A stretch of 64,000 nt of DNA from Thermoanaerobaculia bacterium (GTDB taxonomy: Bacteria; Acidobacteriota; Thermoanaerobaculia; Multivoradales; JAIOJS01). The notes under the pieces are model-generated. The model was not told the origin of the DNA and searched no databases. It saw only the letters and a program-made list of their open reading frames with translations. A program made the position numbers and the translations under genes. Each line of letters opens with the position of its first letter. Positions within the stretch are counted from its first letter, which is position 1. Where the stretch lies: the NCBI GenBank assembly GCA_963806095.1, contig CAWDWV010000002.1:1781424-1845423 (forward strand), read 5' to 3'. Shown here in pieces: positions 50,041 through 61,547 of the stretch.

Positions 50041-50580
50041 GTGATCTTCAAGGCCACCGCGCTGCTCGGTGTCTTCGTGCTCGAGCCCGAGCGCCACGCG
50101 GACGAGCGCGGCTTCTTCGCCCGCACCTACGATCCGCGAGGAGTTGCGGGCCGCACGGGCTCGACCCGACTGTCGCGCAGGCGAGCGTCTCGTTCAACCA
50201 CCGCCGCGGCACGCTGCGCGGCCTGCACTACCAGGCGGCGCCCTTCGCGGAGGCGAAGCTGGTGCGGGTGACGCGCGGCGCCATCTTCGACGTCGTCGTC
50301 GACGCGCGCAGCGGCTCGCCGACGCGCGGGCAGCACGTGGCGGTGACGCTCAGCGCCGAGGAAGGCAACCAGCTCTACGTGCCGCCCGGCTGTCGCCCAC
50401 GGCTTCCAGACCCTCGCCGACGCCACCGAGGTCTGCCTACCTGATCTCGGCGCCCTACTCGCCGGCGCACGCGCGCGGCTACCGCTACGACGATCCCACC
50501 CTCGCCATCCCGTGGCCCGAGCCGGTGACGGTGATCTCGGCGCGGGACCGCGCGCTGCCGCGCGTTCCGAGTGGAGCTAG
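50041..50580 (+). CDS. rfbC: NDP-4-keto-sugar 3,5-epimerase (frameshifted)
   Basis: DERGFFAR, GTLRGLHYQ, KLVRVTRG, AHGFQTL, ISARD. Confidence 0.87.
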
Positions 50581-50587
50581 GCAAGCG

Positions 50588-51929
50588 ATGCCGTCGCCTC
50601 TCGACGCGCTCGCGCGCGGCCTCGACCTCGACGCGACCGGCGCCGCGATGCACGCCTTCGCCGCCGCGCTGCAGCCGATCCCGCGCAGCCTCACCGGCGA
50701 CGGCGTGCGCGCGACGCTCGCCGCCGTCGCCGAGCGCATCCCGCTCGCCGTGCACGAGGTGCCGACCGGCACGCCGGTGCTCGACTGGACGGTGCCGCGC
50801 GAGTGGAACCTGCGCGCGGCGTGGGTGAAGGGGCCCGACGGCGAGACGGTGGTCGACGCGGCCGACTCGCCGCTCCACGTCGTCGGCTACAGCGTGCCGG
50901 TGCGCGCGCGGCTGCCGCTCGCCGAGCTGCAGGAGCACCTGCACTCGCTGCCCGAGCAGCCGGACTGGATGCCCTACCGCACCTCGTACTGGCGCGAGAC
51001 CTGGGGCTTCTGCCTGCCGCACCGCCAGCGCGAGGCGCTGCCCGAGGGCGAGTACGAGGTGTGCATCGACGCCACGCTCGAGGACGGCGCGCTCACCTAC
51101 GGCGAGTGCTTCCTCCCCGGCGAGACGGCGCGCGAGGTGCTGATCTCCACCCACGTCTGCCACCCGTCGCTCGCCAACGACAACCTCTCCGGCATCGCGC
51201 TGGCGACCTTCCTCGCCGAGCGGCTGGCGGCGGTGCCGCGGCATCACGGCTACCGCTTCCTCTTCGTGCCGGGGACGATCGGCGCGATCACCTGGCTGGC
51301 GCGCAACGAGGAGCGCCGCGGCGCGCATCGACCACGGTCTCGTCGTCGCCAACGTCGGCGACCCGGGCGGCTTCCACTACAAGCGCAGCCGGCGCGGCGA
51401 CGCCGCGATCGACCGCGCCGTGCCGCGCGGCGCTCGCCGAGGTCGGCGAGCAGCGTCGTGGATGCGAGGACTTCGTGCCCTACGGCTACGACGAGCGGCA
51501 GTACTGCTCGCCCGGCTTCGACCTGCCGGTGGGCTCGCTCACGCGCACGCCGTGGGGGCGCTACCCCGAGTACCACACCTCCGCCGACGACCTGACGCTG
51601 GTGCAGCCGCAGGCGCTCGCGGGCTCGCTGCGCGCCTACCTCGCGGTGGCGGCGCTGCTCGAGAGCAACGGCCGGCTCGAGGCCTACCGCCGCTACCGCA
51701 ACCTGTCGCCGAAGGGCGAGCCGCAGCTCGGCCGCCGCGGCCTCTACGGCAGCCTCGGCGGCACCACCGCCGGCCGCGAGCGCGAGCTGGCGCTGCTCTG
51801 GGTGCTCAACCAGTCCGACGGCAGCCGCGACCTGCTCGTCGATCGCCGAGCGCGCCGGGCATCCCGTTCGCCGCGATCGCCGAGGCGGCCGAGGCGCTGG
51901 TCGCCGCCGGCCTCCTCGCGCCGGTCTAG
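50588..51929 (+). CDS. DUF4910 aminopeptidase-like protein (frameshifted)
   Basis: RSLTGDGVR, DWTVPREW, PYRTSY, CHPSLANDNLSG, DERQYCSPG, YHTSAD, GEPQLG. Confidence 0.88.
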
Positions 51930-51930
51930 T

Positions 51931-52004
51931 TCGAGATCGCTTCGCTTCGCTCGCGAGGACGCTGCAACGTCATCGCGAGGAGCGTAGCGACGAAGCGATC
52001 TCGA
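51931..52004. repeat. REP pair, CGTC-type family (copy 3), between convergent genes
   Basis: TCGAGATCGCTTCGCTTCGCTCGCGAGGAC...GTCATCGCGAGGAGCGTAGCGACGAAGCGATCTCGA. Confidence 0.85.
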
Positions 52005-52022
52005 TGGCGCGATGGGCAGGGC

Positions 52023-52603
52023 TCACGGCGCCGCGTTTCCTTCGTCCCGCGGCGCCGGTGGCGCGCGGAGGCGGCGAGGTCCCGCCGCGGCGTCACCTCG
52101 ACGCCGCCGCGCACCACCACGCGGCTGCCCGGCGGCACGTCCTGCGCCACCACCGCGTTGACGCCGATGAAGCTGCCGTCGCCGACCGTGATGGCGCCGA
52201 TCACCTTGGCGCCGGCGCCGATGAAGACGTCGTCGCCGATCGCCGGCATGCGCTCGCGGTGGTCGGGGCTGGGCGAGCCGATCGTCACCTGCTGCAGCAG
52301 CGTGGCGTTGCGGCCGATGCGCGCGTAGCCGCCGACGACGATCCCCTGGCCGTGCACGATCATCAGGCCGGGCCCGATCGTCGCCGCCGGGCCGATCTCG
52401 ACGCCGGTGAGGAACTGGTTGAGCCGCGCGATGGCCGGGCCGAGCGCCGGCACGCCTTGGCTCTTGAACCAGTGCGCGAGGCGGTGGAGCACGACGGCCT
52501 GGTAGCCGGTCTCGAAGAGCAGCGACTCGACGACGTACCAGGGGAACGGCTTGCGCTTGATGGCGCGCAGGCGGCGGGTGTCGTCGCGCAGGTTGTCGAA
52601 CAT
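52023..52603 (-). CDS. Serine acetyltransferase-like hexapeptide O-acetyltransferase
   Basis: HRLAHW, GVEIGPAATIGPG, HGQG, IGAGAKVIG. 3' end uncertain (52023 or 51926). Confidence 0.85.
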
Positions 52604-55062
52604 CAGCGGGGCTCCGCGCGCGGCGAGGCGGCTGGCGCCGGCAGCACGCGGATCGGCACGCGGAGAGGCTTGCCGCCGTCGCGTTCGGAGAACCAGGCCA
52701 CGGTCTCGAAGACCGGATCGAGCTCGAGCAGGTAATCGCCGGGCTGCTCGGGCGCGCGGACCCGCAGCTCGACGCGGGCCTCGCCGCCCGCCGGCACGGG
52801 AGCCGGCAGCTCCGTGCGCTCGCCCTCGCGCTGGACGGTTGCGCCACGCGTGTCGAGCCAGTGGTAGGCGAGCCGCACGCGGGCGCCGCCGGTGCGGCCC
52901 CACTCGCTGGCGCTGGTGTTCACCACCGTCGCGGGCACCACGAAGAGCTCGCCGGCACGCACGGCGGTGGGCGCGCGCGACGTCGCGCCACTGGACGCCG
53001 AAGACCTTGGCCTCGAGGCCGGCGGGCGAGCCGAGGTAGAGCAGCTCGGCGCCGACGAAGAAGGTGTCCGGCTCCTTGGGTTGCCACGGCCAGCCGGGGC
53101 AGGAGTCGGGGGGCAGCTCGCGCTCCCAGGTCCGCGGCACGCCGGCGCTGGTCTCGATTCGCATGCGATACGCGTAGAGCGTACCGGTCTTGATCGTCCA
53201 GCGCGCGCTGGCGTGCCGCGGCGCGAAGTCGACGCGCTGCCCCTCGCCCGCGCCGAGGTCGAGCTCGTGGCGCTCGCCGCCGAGCTCCACCGTGACGCGG
53301 TTGTGCGGCGCCGGGCTGCGCACCTCGAAGGCGAGCGGAGGCAGCGGACGGTCGGCGACGAGGTAGAGCTCCACCGGCGCGGCGCCGAAGAGCCACATCG
53401 GCTCGCCGAGCGGCAGGAAGAGCTCGCGGCGGCCGATCATGCGGAAGTCGCCCAGCGGCACGCGGTGGTAGCCCGGCACGTTGCGCAGCGTCAGCTCGAG
53501 CGGCAGCCAGCGGAAGGGCGCGCCGCGCACGTGCATCTGCAGCGTCGGCTCGGGCCCCGGCAGACCGAAGGGCGCCAGCACGATCGGCGTGAGGAAGAGT
53601 CCCGCGAGCGCGTACCCCGCGGGCAGCAGCGCGCGCGGCCGGATGCGTGTCACCAGGAAGAGGAAGGCCGGGTAGACGTTGACGAAGTAACGGTTGCCCA
53701 CGAAGCCGCCGCCGCCCTGCCAGTTCCACGAGATCTGCAACAGGAAGAAGAGCGCCACGGCGGCGGTGGAGGCGAGCAGCAGCCAGCGCGGCCGCGATCG
53801 CCGGCCGTGGAGGAGGAAGAGCAGCACCGAGACCGCCGCGAACGGCATGTAAGGCAGGAGGCCGGCGTGGCGCCCGAAGAGGAAGTAGACGACGTTGAGG
53901 GCGAATTCGCTCGGCGAGGTGTCGGGGAGACGGAAGAGCCAGCGGTAGCTGTTGCCGGTGGGGGACTCGGCGATGGCGGCGGCGGCGCCGGTCGCGGGAG
54001 CGGAGTCGTCCCGGGAGTCGCGAGACCAGTTGCCGTCGCGGCGGCGGCAGGCGTCGCCGGAGCTGGAGCTGGAGCGGAAGCGGCGGCTGGCACGGCCGTG
54101 GCCGCGACGGCGAGCGCCGCGCCGCTCGTCGCCACGCCGTCGGTTGGCGTCGTCGCGCCCGACGATGCCGCGCGCTCGAGGCGTGCGCCGTCGTGCCGCT
54201 CGCGCACTCGCCGTCGTCGGGCTCGGGAAGACCGGCATCTGCCCCGGGCCGCACAGCGTGAAGCCGCCGCGCTGCTGCGGCGAGGTAAGGCGTGGGCGTG
54301 CCGGTCAGCCCGCACGAGACGCCGGCCGAGCAACACGAGGCACCCCGCCGCGCCGCCGAGCCACGCCGCGAGCTGCCGCCAGCGCCGTTCGCGCCAGCAG
54401 CACCACAGCGGCGCGATGCCGACCGCCGCGAGCATCGGCTTGTTGTAGACCGCGAGCGCCAGCGCCGCGCCGGAGAGCGCCGCGAGCAGCACCTCGCGCC
54501 GCGGCCGCGGCAGCCCTTCCTCCTCGCCGTCGCGCGGCAGGCCGAGGAACAGGCAGGCGCACACCGCCGCCATGCTGAAGACTTCGGGCTGCAGCCAGTA
54601 CACGTAGGCGAAGCCCACCGACAGCACGAAGAACCCACTGGCGTAGAGCGCGGCGATCCCCGCCTCGTTGTGCCGCCGCAGGTAGGCGGCGCCCATCCAC
54701 ACCATCGCCACCAGCAGCAGGCTGTTGAAGAACAGCATGCCGCGCGCGCCGCCGAGCCGCGCGAACGGCGCCGCGAACAGCGAGTAGACGAACGGCTTGG
54801 CGTACGACACCGTGCGCCAGCCGTCGGCGCTCATCAGGATGAGGTTGTTGACCGGCCGGAACGGGAACTCGACGAAGAAGCGATCGACGTCCTCGCCGGT
54901 GAAGGCGAGGTCGCCGTCGTGCGCCAGCGACAGCGCCATGCCGAAGTAGGCGCCCTCGTCGGCTTTGAGGTGCGTCGGCGCGCCCGGCTTGCCGAGCGCG
55001 AGCGGGAACACCAACAGCAACGCGGACAAGCCGAGCAGACCGAGCCGCGCTGTCGAGGTCAC
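52603..55062 (-). CDS. Large polytopic membrane protein, GT-C-like glycosyltransferase (frameshifted)
   Basis: N-terminal TM plus KADEGAY, many TM helices, WQGGGGFVGNRYF, periplasmic Ig-like tail. Confidence 0.7.
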
Positions 55063-55118
55063 GGCGCGGCAGCATAGCAGCGGGCCTCTGAGCGCCCCCG
55101 CCGGCCCGCCAGTCCCGT

Positions 55119-56125
55119 TCAGCTGCGCGAGGCGCTCGCGGGTGCAACGCCGCTGACGGTCTCGAGATCAGCGGGCGGCGGGCCGAGCGGCGGCGCGGGC
55201 GGTAGCGGCTCGCGCCAGCCGGCGAGGGCGCCGCGCAGCTTCGCGACGGCTGCGGCTTGGTTGCCGCGTGGCAGCTCGCGCAGGAAGCCCACCGGCAGCG
55301 CGGCGAGGGCGAACGCCCAGAAGCGCGCTTTCTGCAGCGCGTTACCGTAGCGGCGCACGTAGATGGCGCTGCTCCGGCCGAACTGGAAGTTGCGGCCCGG
55401 CGTGTAGCCGCCGGTGGTCCAGGCGACGCGGTGGTAGAGCACGGCTCGCTGCGCGTAGAGGCAGCGCAAGCCGGCGCGGGCGAGGCGGGTGCAGAAGTCG
55501 GCGTCGTCGACGCAGATGAAGAAGAGGGGGTCCCAGACGCCGGCGGCCTCGGCGGCGGCGCGCCGGATCAGGATGGCGCAGCCGTTGACGTAGTCGACCG
55601 CCGTCGTCCTCGTCGAACTGGCCGCGGTCGATCTCGCCGTAGCCGCGCTCGCGGGTCACCGACTCGCGAAAGCGCAGCACGCCGCCCGCCGACCACAAGC
55701 GACGCCGCGCTCGCCGTGGAAGTAGCACTTCGGCCCGACGGCGCCGACGCGCGGGTCGCGCTCGGCGGCGGCGACCAGCTCGTCGAGCAGGTCGGCGCTC
55801 GACCTCGATGTCGTTGTTGAGCAGCAGCACGTAGTCGTAGCCGTTCTCGAAGGCCCAGCGGAAGCCGGCCGCGTAGCCGCTGGCGCTGCCGCGGTTCTCC
55901 GCCAGGCGCAGCTGCCGGAGGTCGGGGAAGGCGGCGGCGAGCGCCTCGCACCGAGCCGTCGCGCGAGCCGTTGTCGAGCACGATGAGGTCGAAGCGCGGA
56001 TAGCGCATCCGCCGCAGGCTCGCCACCGCGTCGAGGGTGACCTCCTTGCCGTCGTAGTTGACGACGATGGCGGCGACGCGCGGCGGCGCGCCTGATGCGC
56101 TGGGTGCGCTCGCGGCTCGGTCCAT
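55119..56125 (-). CDS. Glycosyltransferase family 2 (frameshifted)
   Basis: IVVNY, VLDNGSRDGS, LLLNND, YVNGCAIL, VDDADFC. Confidence 0.87.
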
Positions 56126-56207
56126 GGCGGGAGCAATTGAAGCACAAGGGCGGCGTGCGACGGCGCTTCGCCGGTGCTCACGCACCACCACGCTACGATC
56201 CGCGCCG

Positions 56208-57377
56208 ATGCCCGCACCGGATCCCATGCCGGCGCCGCTGCCGCCACGCCGCCGGCTGCTCGCGCGGCTGCTGCTGCTCGGCGCGAGCTTGATGCTGTCG
56301 CTGCTCTTCGCCGAGGTGGCGGTGCGGCTGGCGCGGCCGCAGGAGGTGATGACGGTGACGCGCGGGCTCTACGAGCCCGATCCGCCGCGTCGCTACCGCC
56401 TTCGCCCCGGCTATCGCGGGCGGATCACCAACCACGTCGAGTTCGACCACGCGGTGTTCGTCAACAGCCACGGGATGCGCGGGCCGGAGCCGAGCCCCGC
56501 GTCAGCCGGGCCGCGCGATGCGCCGAGCCACGCTCCGCTCCGTGTCCTGGTCCTCGGCGACTCCTTCACCTTCGGCGTTGGCGCGGCCGAGGACGAGACC
56601 TTCCCGGCGCGGCTGCAGGCGCACCTGCGCACCGCAGGCGCACCGGCCGAGGTGTGGAACGCCGGCGCGCCGGGATACGGCGTCCCCGACGAAGTCGCCT
56701 GGTTCGAGCGTTGGGGCGTGCCGCTGCGTCCCGACGTGGTGGTGATCGCGCCCTTCCTCGCCAACGACCTGCAGGACGCCTCGCCCGGGTCGCAGACGCG
56801 CGTCGTCGACGGCGAGCTGGTGGCGGCTGACGGGGAGGGCCGGAGCGTGCGCCGCTGGCTCTATTACCACTCGCACCTCTTCCGCCTGCTCAAGTCGTCG
56901 CTGCTGGAGGGGCCTCTGCGCGGCAAGCTGGGGCTCGCCGAGCCCTGGGCGCGCCGCGAGCGCCGTGCCGAGCTCGGGCTCTACGGGCCGACGCTACCGC
57001 CTGGATTGGCTGCCGGCGCGGCGGCCACCGACCGTGCCGCAGCGCGCCTCGCACAGCTCGCCGCCGAGCAACGAACGCGCCTGCTCGCCGTGCTGGTGCC
57101 GTCGCTGCCGCAGGTAGATGAGGAACGGTGGCACGCGCTGCATCGTGAGCTCGGCATCGACCGGCGAGGCCACGACCCACGTCGGCCGAACCGGCTCTTC
57201 ACGGCGACCTTCGCGCGCCACGGCGTCCATGTCCTCGATCCCACCGATGCGCTGTCGGCGGCGGTCATGCGTGGCGAGCGCCTCTACTACCCGCGCGACC
57301 AGCACCTCACGCCTGCCGGCTACGACCTTCTCGCGCGCGAGGTGGCGCGGGGGGTCATGACGACCGGACAGCATTAG
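56208..57377 (+). CDS. Membrane-anchored SGNH/GDSL hydrolase (AlgX/AlgJ-like)
   Basis: NSHGMR, LGDSFTFG, NAGAPGY, ND, DQHLT. Confidence 0.88.
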   Translation: MPAPDPMPAPLPPRRRLLARLLLLGASLMLSLLFAEVAVRLARPQEVMTVTRGLYEPDPPRRYRLRPGYRGRITNHVEFDHAVFVNSHGMRGPEPSPASAGPRDAPSHAPLRVLVLGDSFTFGVGAAEDETFPARLQAHLRTAGAPAEVWNAGAPGYGVPDEVAWFERWGVPLRPDVVVIAPFLANDLQDASPGSQTRVVDGELVAADGEGRSVRRWLYYHSHLFRLLKSSLLEGPLRGKLGLAEPWARRERRAELGLYGPTLPPGLAAGAAATDRAAARLAQLAAEQRTRLLAVLVPSLPQVDEERWHALHRELGIDRRGHDPRRPNRLFTATFARHGVHVLDPTDALSAAVMRGERLYYPRDQHLTPAGYDLLAREVARGVMTTGQH

Positions 57378-58683
57378 CGTCCGCGGTTGCCACACTCGTC
57401 GCGGCTCGCAGCACCAGGGCCGCGTCGCCCTTCCACGGCGCAGCGACCCGCACGGCGCTGCCGCCGGCGACCGCGGCCGGCGCCGTGGCGCCGCTCACCG
57501 GGTGCACCCACTCGCCGGTGAACGCAGCCGGCACTGCCCGCAGGTCGAGCCGCAGGCGCCCGCGCGGCGCCCACGCCACGATCGCCTCGCAGCGCTCGCC
57601 GATCGAGGCCAGGCAGCAGCCGCTGCTCGCCAGCTCGGGCCGCGGCGCCAACGTCTCGAGGCCGGTTCCGACGACGGTCGGGAGGCGATCGACGAGCCGC
57701 CGTGCCACCCCCATCGCCTTGCGCGCCGCGGCGCGCTCGCCGTGCTCGTCGAGGGGGTCCATGTAGAGCGGCTGGTGGCCGCTCGTGAAGGCGCGCCAGA
57801 TCCACGCCGCGTCGCCGCCGATGCCCCACAGGTGGTCGCTGTCGAGCAGCACCACCTTCTCGCCGTCGTTGGCCGGCGGTGTTCCCATCCAGCCGCCGTG
57901 GCGATTGGGCGAGGCCCAGTCGGCCGGGCTGCTGAAGAGGTCGCGGTTGTCGCCGCCCGGGAAGCAGGAGGTGAGCCCCACCGGGTGCGCCGGCCGGCCC
58001 GCCGCCGCGCCGCGCGCCGCGTCGCAGGCGCGCAGGTGACGCAGCAGGTGGCGCTGCCAGTCGCGCGAGCAGCCGGGGCTCTCGTTCGAGATCTCCCACA
58101 GCACGCAGTCGAGGTCGCCGACCGCCTCGACGACGCGCTCGACGTAGAGGCGCTGCAGGGGGGCGATCGCCGGCACCCGCAGGCTGTGCACGTCGTCGCC
58201 GTCGCCGCGGTCGTCGGGGTCGCCGTCGATGCCGTTGCGGTTGTTGTCGGGGTGGAAGGGGTGGCGCGGCCAGGGGTTGCCGTCGCCGTTGTCGCGCAGC
58301 GACCAGCCGTTGAAGAGCATGACGATGACGAAGAGGCCGCGCTCGCCGGCGCGCGAGACCCGTTCGCGCAGGCGCGCGAAGTACTCGTCGTCGAAGCGCT
58401 CGAGGTCGTAGCGCGGCCGGCCGTCGGCGGCGAGGCCGGGGCCGGTGCGCGCCCACGGCGAGTGCGAGAGGTCGTGCACCCACGCCTCGTGCGCCCACAT
58501 CCGCACGCAGCTGTGGCCCCACGCCGTCAGCTGGTCGAGGTACCCCGTGAAGTCGAAGGCACCCGGGCGCTCGCCGTTGTCGACCAGCACGTCCCAGTGG
58601 TGCGAGCCGGTGAGGAAGACGGCGTGGCCGTCGTGGTGCGCGAGCCAGCAGGGGTTGGTGGGGTGGACGCGCAGCGGCGGCAT
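57355..58683 (-). CDS. Glycoside hydrolase-like TIM barrel protein (DUF4038-like)
   Basis: FLTGSH, RYDLERFDDEYFARLR, WEISNE, LDSDHLWG. Confidence 0.7.
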   Translation of the reverse strand: MPPLRVHPTNPCWLAHHDGHAVFLTGSHHWDVLVDNGERPGAFDFTGYLDQLTAWGHSCVRMWAHEAWVHDLSHSPWARTGPGLAADGRPRYDLERFDDEYFARLRERVSRAGERGLFVIVMLFNGWSLRDNGDGNPWPRHPFHPDNNRNGIDGDPDDRGDGDDVHSLRVPAIAPLQRLYVERVVEAVGDLDCVLWEISNESPGCSRDWQRHLLRHLRACDAARGAAAGRPAHPVGLTSCFPGGDNRDLFSSPADWASPNRHGGWMGTPPANDGEKVVLLDSDHLWGIGGDAAWIWRAFTSGHQPLYMDPLDEHGERAAARKAMGVARRLVDRLPTVVGTGLETLAPRPELASSGCCLASIGERCEAIVAWAPRGRLRLDLRAVPAAFTGEWVHPVSGATAPAAVAGGSAVRVAAPWKGDAALVLRAATSVATADANAVRSS

Positions 58684-58782
58684 TGGCGGGTGTGCGCGTG
58701 CCGGCTCGCTTCGGCCGGCGCCGCGCCAAGCGTAGTGTAGGATTTCCTGCCCCGCCCGGCTGCCCTCGTCCCACCGCCGTCG

Positions 58783-60230
58783 ATGCGATTCCCAGCCCGC
58801 GCGCTGCTCCTCGCCGCCGTGCCCGTCGCGGCTGCCGTCGCCGGCGCCCTCGCCGGCTGCCGCCCCGACGCCGCCGCCGACGCGCGGGCGCCGCGCCGCA
58901 TCTTCCTCGTCACCGTCGACACCCTGCGCGCCGACCACACCAGCCTCTACGGCTACGGGCGCGAGACGACGCCGCGGCTCGACGCTCTCGCGCCCTCAGG
59001 CGTGCTGTTCGCCGACGCCGTCGCGCAGTGGCCGAAAACGGGCGCCTCGTTCGCCTCCATGTTCACCGGCCGCTACCCGCAGACGACCGGCATGATGCAG
59101 AAGGCGGCACTGCGCATCCCCGAGACCTACCTGACGCTGCCCGAGATGCTGCACGAGGCGGGCTATAGCACCGCGGCCGTCGTCTCCAACGCCGTGCTGG
59201 GAGCGAAGCTCGGCTGGGACAGCGGCTTCGACGAGTACCTGCAGACGTGGGGCGAGGGCGACTTCCCGACCGAAGCCCACCTCTTCCGCGACCTCGTGCA
59301 CGCGCCGCGGGTCAACGGGCTGGCGCTGCCGCTGCTCGACCGCCACGCGGGCGACGAGCGGCTGTTCGTGTGGGTCCACTACACCGACCCGCATGCGCCC
59401 TACGTGCTGCCGCCGGGCGAGACGAACCCGTTCCTCGACGACGCCCACTCCGGCGGCGGCGAGCACGTGCGCGAGCAGGTGCCGCGCCACGTGGCGCGGG
59501 CCTACCGGCTCGGCGTGCAGCGCGAGCGCCGCTACTACGTGGCGCAGTACGACGCCAACGTGCGGCTCGCCGACCGCGCCATCGGCGACCTGCTCGACCA
59601 CGCGCGGCGGCTCGGGCTGCTCGACGACGCGCTGGTGATCTTCACCGCCGACCACGGCGAGAGCCTGGGCGAGCACGGCTCGTGGTTCGAGCACGGGCCG
59701 CTGCCGTACAACACGACGGCGCGGGTGCCGCTGCTGGTCTTCGGCAAGGGCGTGGCCTCGGGGCGTCGCGTCGAGCGGCCGGTGGAGCTCGTCGACCTCT
59801 ACCCGACGCTGCGCGAGCTGGTGGCGCCGCGGCGCGAGGTGCGCGGGCTCGAGGGGAACAGCCTGGCTCCCTGGCTCTCGCCGCGCGAGCCGCGCGAGGC
59901 GGTGGCGAGCTCGTTCCGCTACTCGTACTCGGAGGCGGGGAGCGGCCGCACTACTTCCGCAGCGTCCAGGACGGCGCCTGGAAGCTGGTGCAGGGCTTCG
60001 GCCGCCGCGGCAAGCGGTCGGCGGTGCCCGGCGGCTGGGAGCTCTACGACCTCGGCGCCGACCCGGCGGAGACCGTCAACCTCGCCGAGGCGCGGAGCGA
60101 CGAGCTGCGCCGCCTGCGCGCCGCCTTGCTGCGCTGGGCTCGCACCGGCGCCGAGCGCGGCCCGGCGCGGGAGAGCGGCGCCGACGAAGACGCCGAGAAG
60201 GCGTTGCACGCGCTGGGTTACGCGAACTAG
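58783..60230 (+). CDS. Sulfatase-like lipoprotein (frameshift near 59940)
   Basis: Lipobox LAGC; VDTLRADH, DPHAPY, TADHGE, ELYDL, LHALGY. Confidence 0.88.
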
Positions 60231-60267
60231 CGCGCTCAGCGCGCCGGCTACGCAAACTGACGCGCGG

Positions 60268-61464
60268 TCAGCTGAAAGTTGACCGACCGAAGTTCGACGC
60301 CAGCACAGCCAGGTCGCTGCCGTCGATGACGCTGTCGCCGTTCATGTCGGCGAGGTCGAGGTAGCGGTTCTCGCCGCGGCGGGCGCCGAAGCGGCGCGCC
60401 AGCTGCACCAGGTCGCCGCCGTCGACGCGGCCGTCGCGGTTGAGGTCCCCGCCCAGGATGGTGGTGCCCGCGACGATGAAGCGCGCCACGTTCTTGTCGG
60501 TAGCGTTGGGCGTCGGCAAGTTGAGGTCGCGCGAGCGCAGGCCCACGAGCACGGCACCGGTGAGCGGCGTCGTCGGCGTGAAGGTGAGCTGCGCGTGTTT
60601 CGACGTGCCCGTCGCGGCGACGCCGGTGTCGGTGCCGTTTACGAGGAGCCGCGTCGCGGTGAGGTCGATGCCGGCGCCGAAGTCCCACACGTCGACCGTG
60701 ATGGGAGCCGCGGCGGCCACTCCTTCGGCGCCGTGCAGCGGCGAGGTAATCCCCGGTACCGGCCCCACGGTGTCGCGGTCGCGGATGACGTCGAAGAAGA
60801 TCTGCGCCAGTTGGTCGTAGCCCGCCGAGTTGGGGTGGCCGACGGGGTCCGGCGCCTCGGCGGTCACCGGCACGTAGTAGGTGGAGAAGAGGTTGGGGAG
60901 GTTGGAGAACACCTCGAAGGGGTCGGCGAGGTCGCGGTTGCGCGTGCCGGCGGTGTCGCGGAGGTTCTCGGCCAGCCGCAGGGTGAGGACGTTGCGGTCG
61001 TCGACCCAGGCGCTGTTGATGCGCGGGATGGTGGTGGCGTGCACGACCGAGAGCCCCTTGATCTCCGCCTTGCGCGCCATCTCGCGCAGGTCGAACATCG
61101 TGGTCTCGAAGCTCAGCCCGTTGCTGAGGTCGTTGGTGCCCTCCATCAGCAGCATCACCTCGGTGGAGGTGGGGATGGCGTTGAGCACGCCGTCGATGCG
61201 CGTCAGCCCTTCCTGGGTGTTCTCGCCGCCCTTGCCGGCGTTCTGCACCGTCGCCTGCACACCGGCGGCGGCGAGCAGGGCCTGCAGCCGCGGCGGATAG
61301 CCCTTCTGCGTGCGCGCCGGATCGTCGCCGCGCCCCTCGGTGATGCTGTCGCCAAAGGCGAGGAAGCCCACCTGGGCGAGGGCCGCACCCGGGAAGGCGA
61401 GCGAGAACAGGGCGCCGGCCAGCGAGAGCGCGGCCGCGCCGCCGAGGGAAGGGATGCGACGCAC
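60268..61464 (-). CDS. Secreted GDSL esterase with Ig-like and dockerin-like domains
   Basis: FGDSIT, EGTND, GHPN; GDLNRDGRVDGGDL and DMNGDSVIDGSDL. Confidence 0.88.
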   Translation of the reverse strand: MRRIPSLGGAAALSLAGALFSLAFPGAALAQVGFLAFGDSITEGRGDDPARTQKGYPPRLQALLAAAGVQATVQNAGKGGENTQEGLTRIDGVLNAIPTSTEVMLLMEGTNDLSNGLSFETTMFDLREMARKAEIKGLSVVHATTIPRINSAWVDDRNVLTLRLAENLRDTAGTRNRDLADPFEVFSNLPNLFSTYYVPVTAEAPDPVGHPNSAGYDQLAQIFFDVIRDRDTVGPVPGITSPLHGAEGVAAAAPITVDVWDFGAGIDLTATRLLVNGTDTGVAATGTSKHAQLTFTPTTPLTGAVLVGLRSRDLNLPTPNATDKNVARFIVAGTTILGGDLNRDGRVDGGDLVQLARRFGARRGENRYLDLADMNGDSVIDGSDLAVLASNFGRSTFS

Positions 61465-61547
61465 GGGCGGTTATGGTACCTCACCCTGTGGGGTATCCTC
61501 TGCGCCGCCCTCCCCGGCGGCCCGCGCCGCGACGCCGAACTCCTGCG

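Noticed and set aside
51926-54238. Membrane protein-acetyltransferase fusion
   Set aside because: The membrane protein has a stop at 52603 overlapping the acetyltransferase ATG; the join arises from a frameshift near 52965.
12471-60230. Mass pseudogenisation or programmed frameshifting
   Set aside because: Single-base shifts occur throughout otherwise well-conserved genes, including his genes, with little other decay; long-read indel errors are the simpler explanation.
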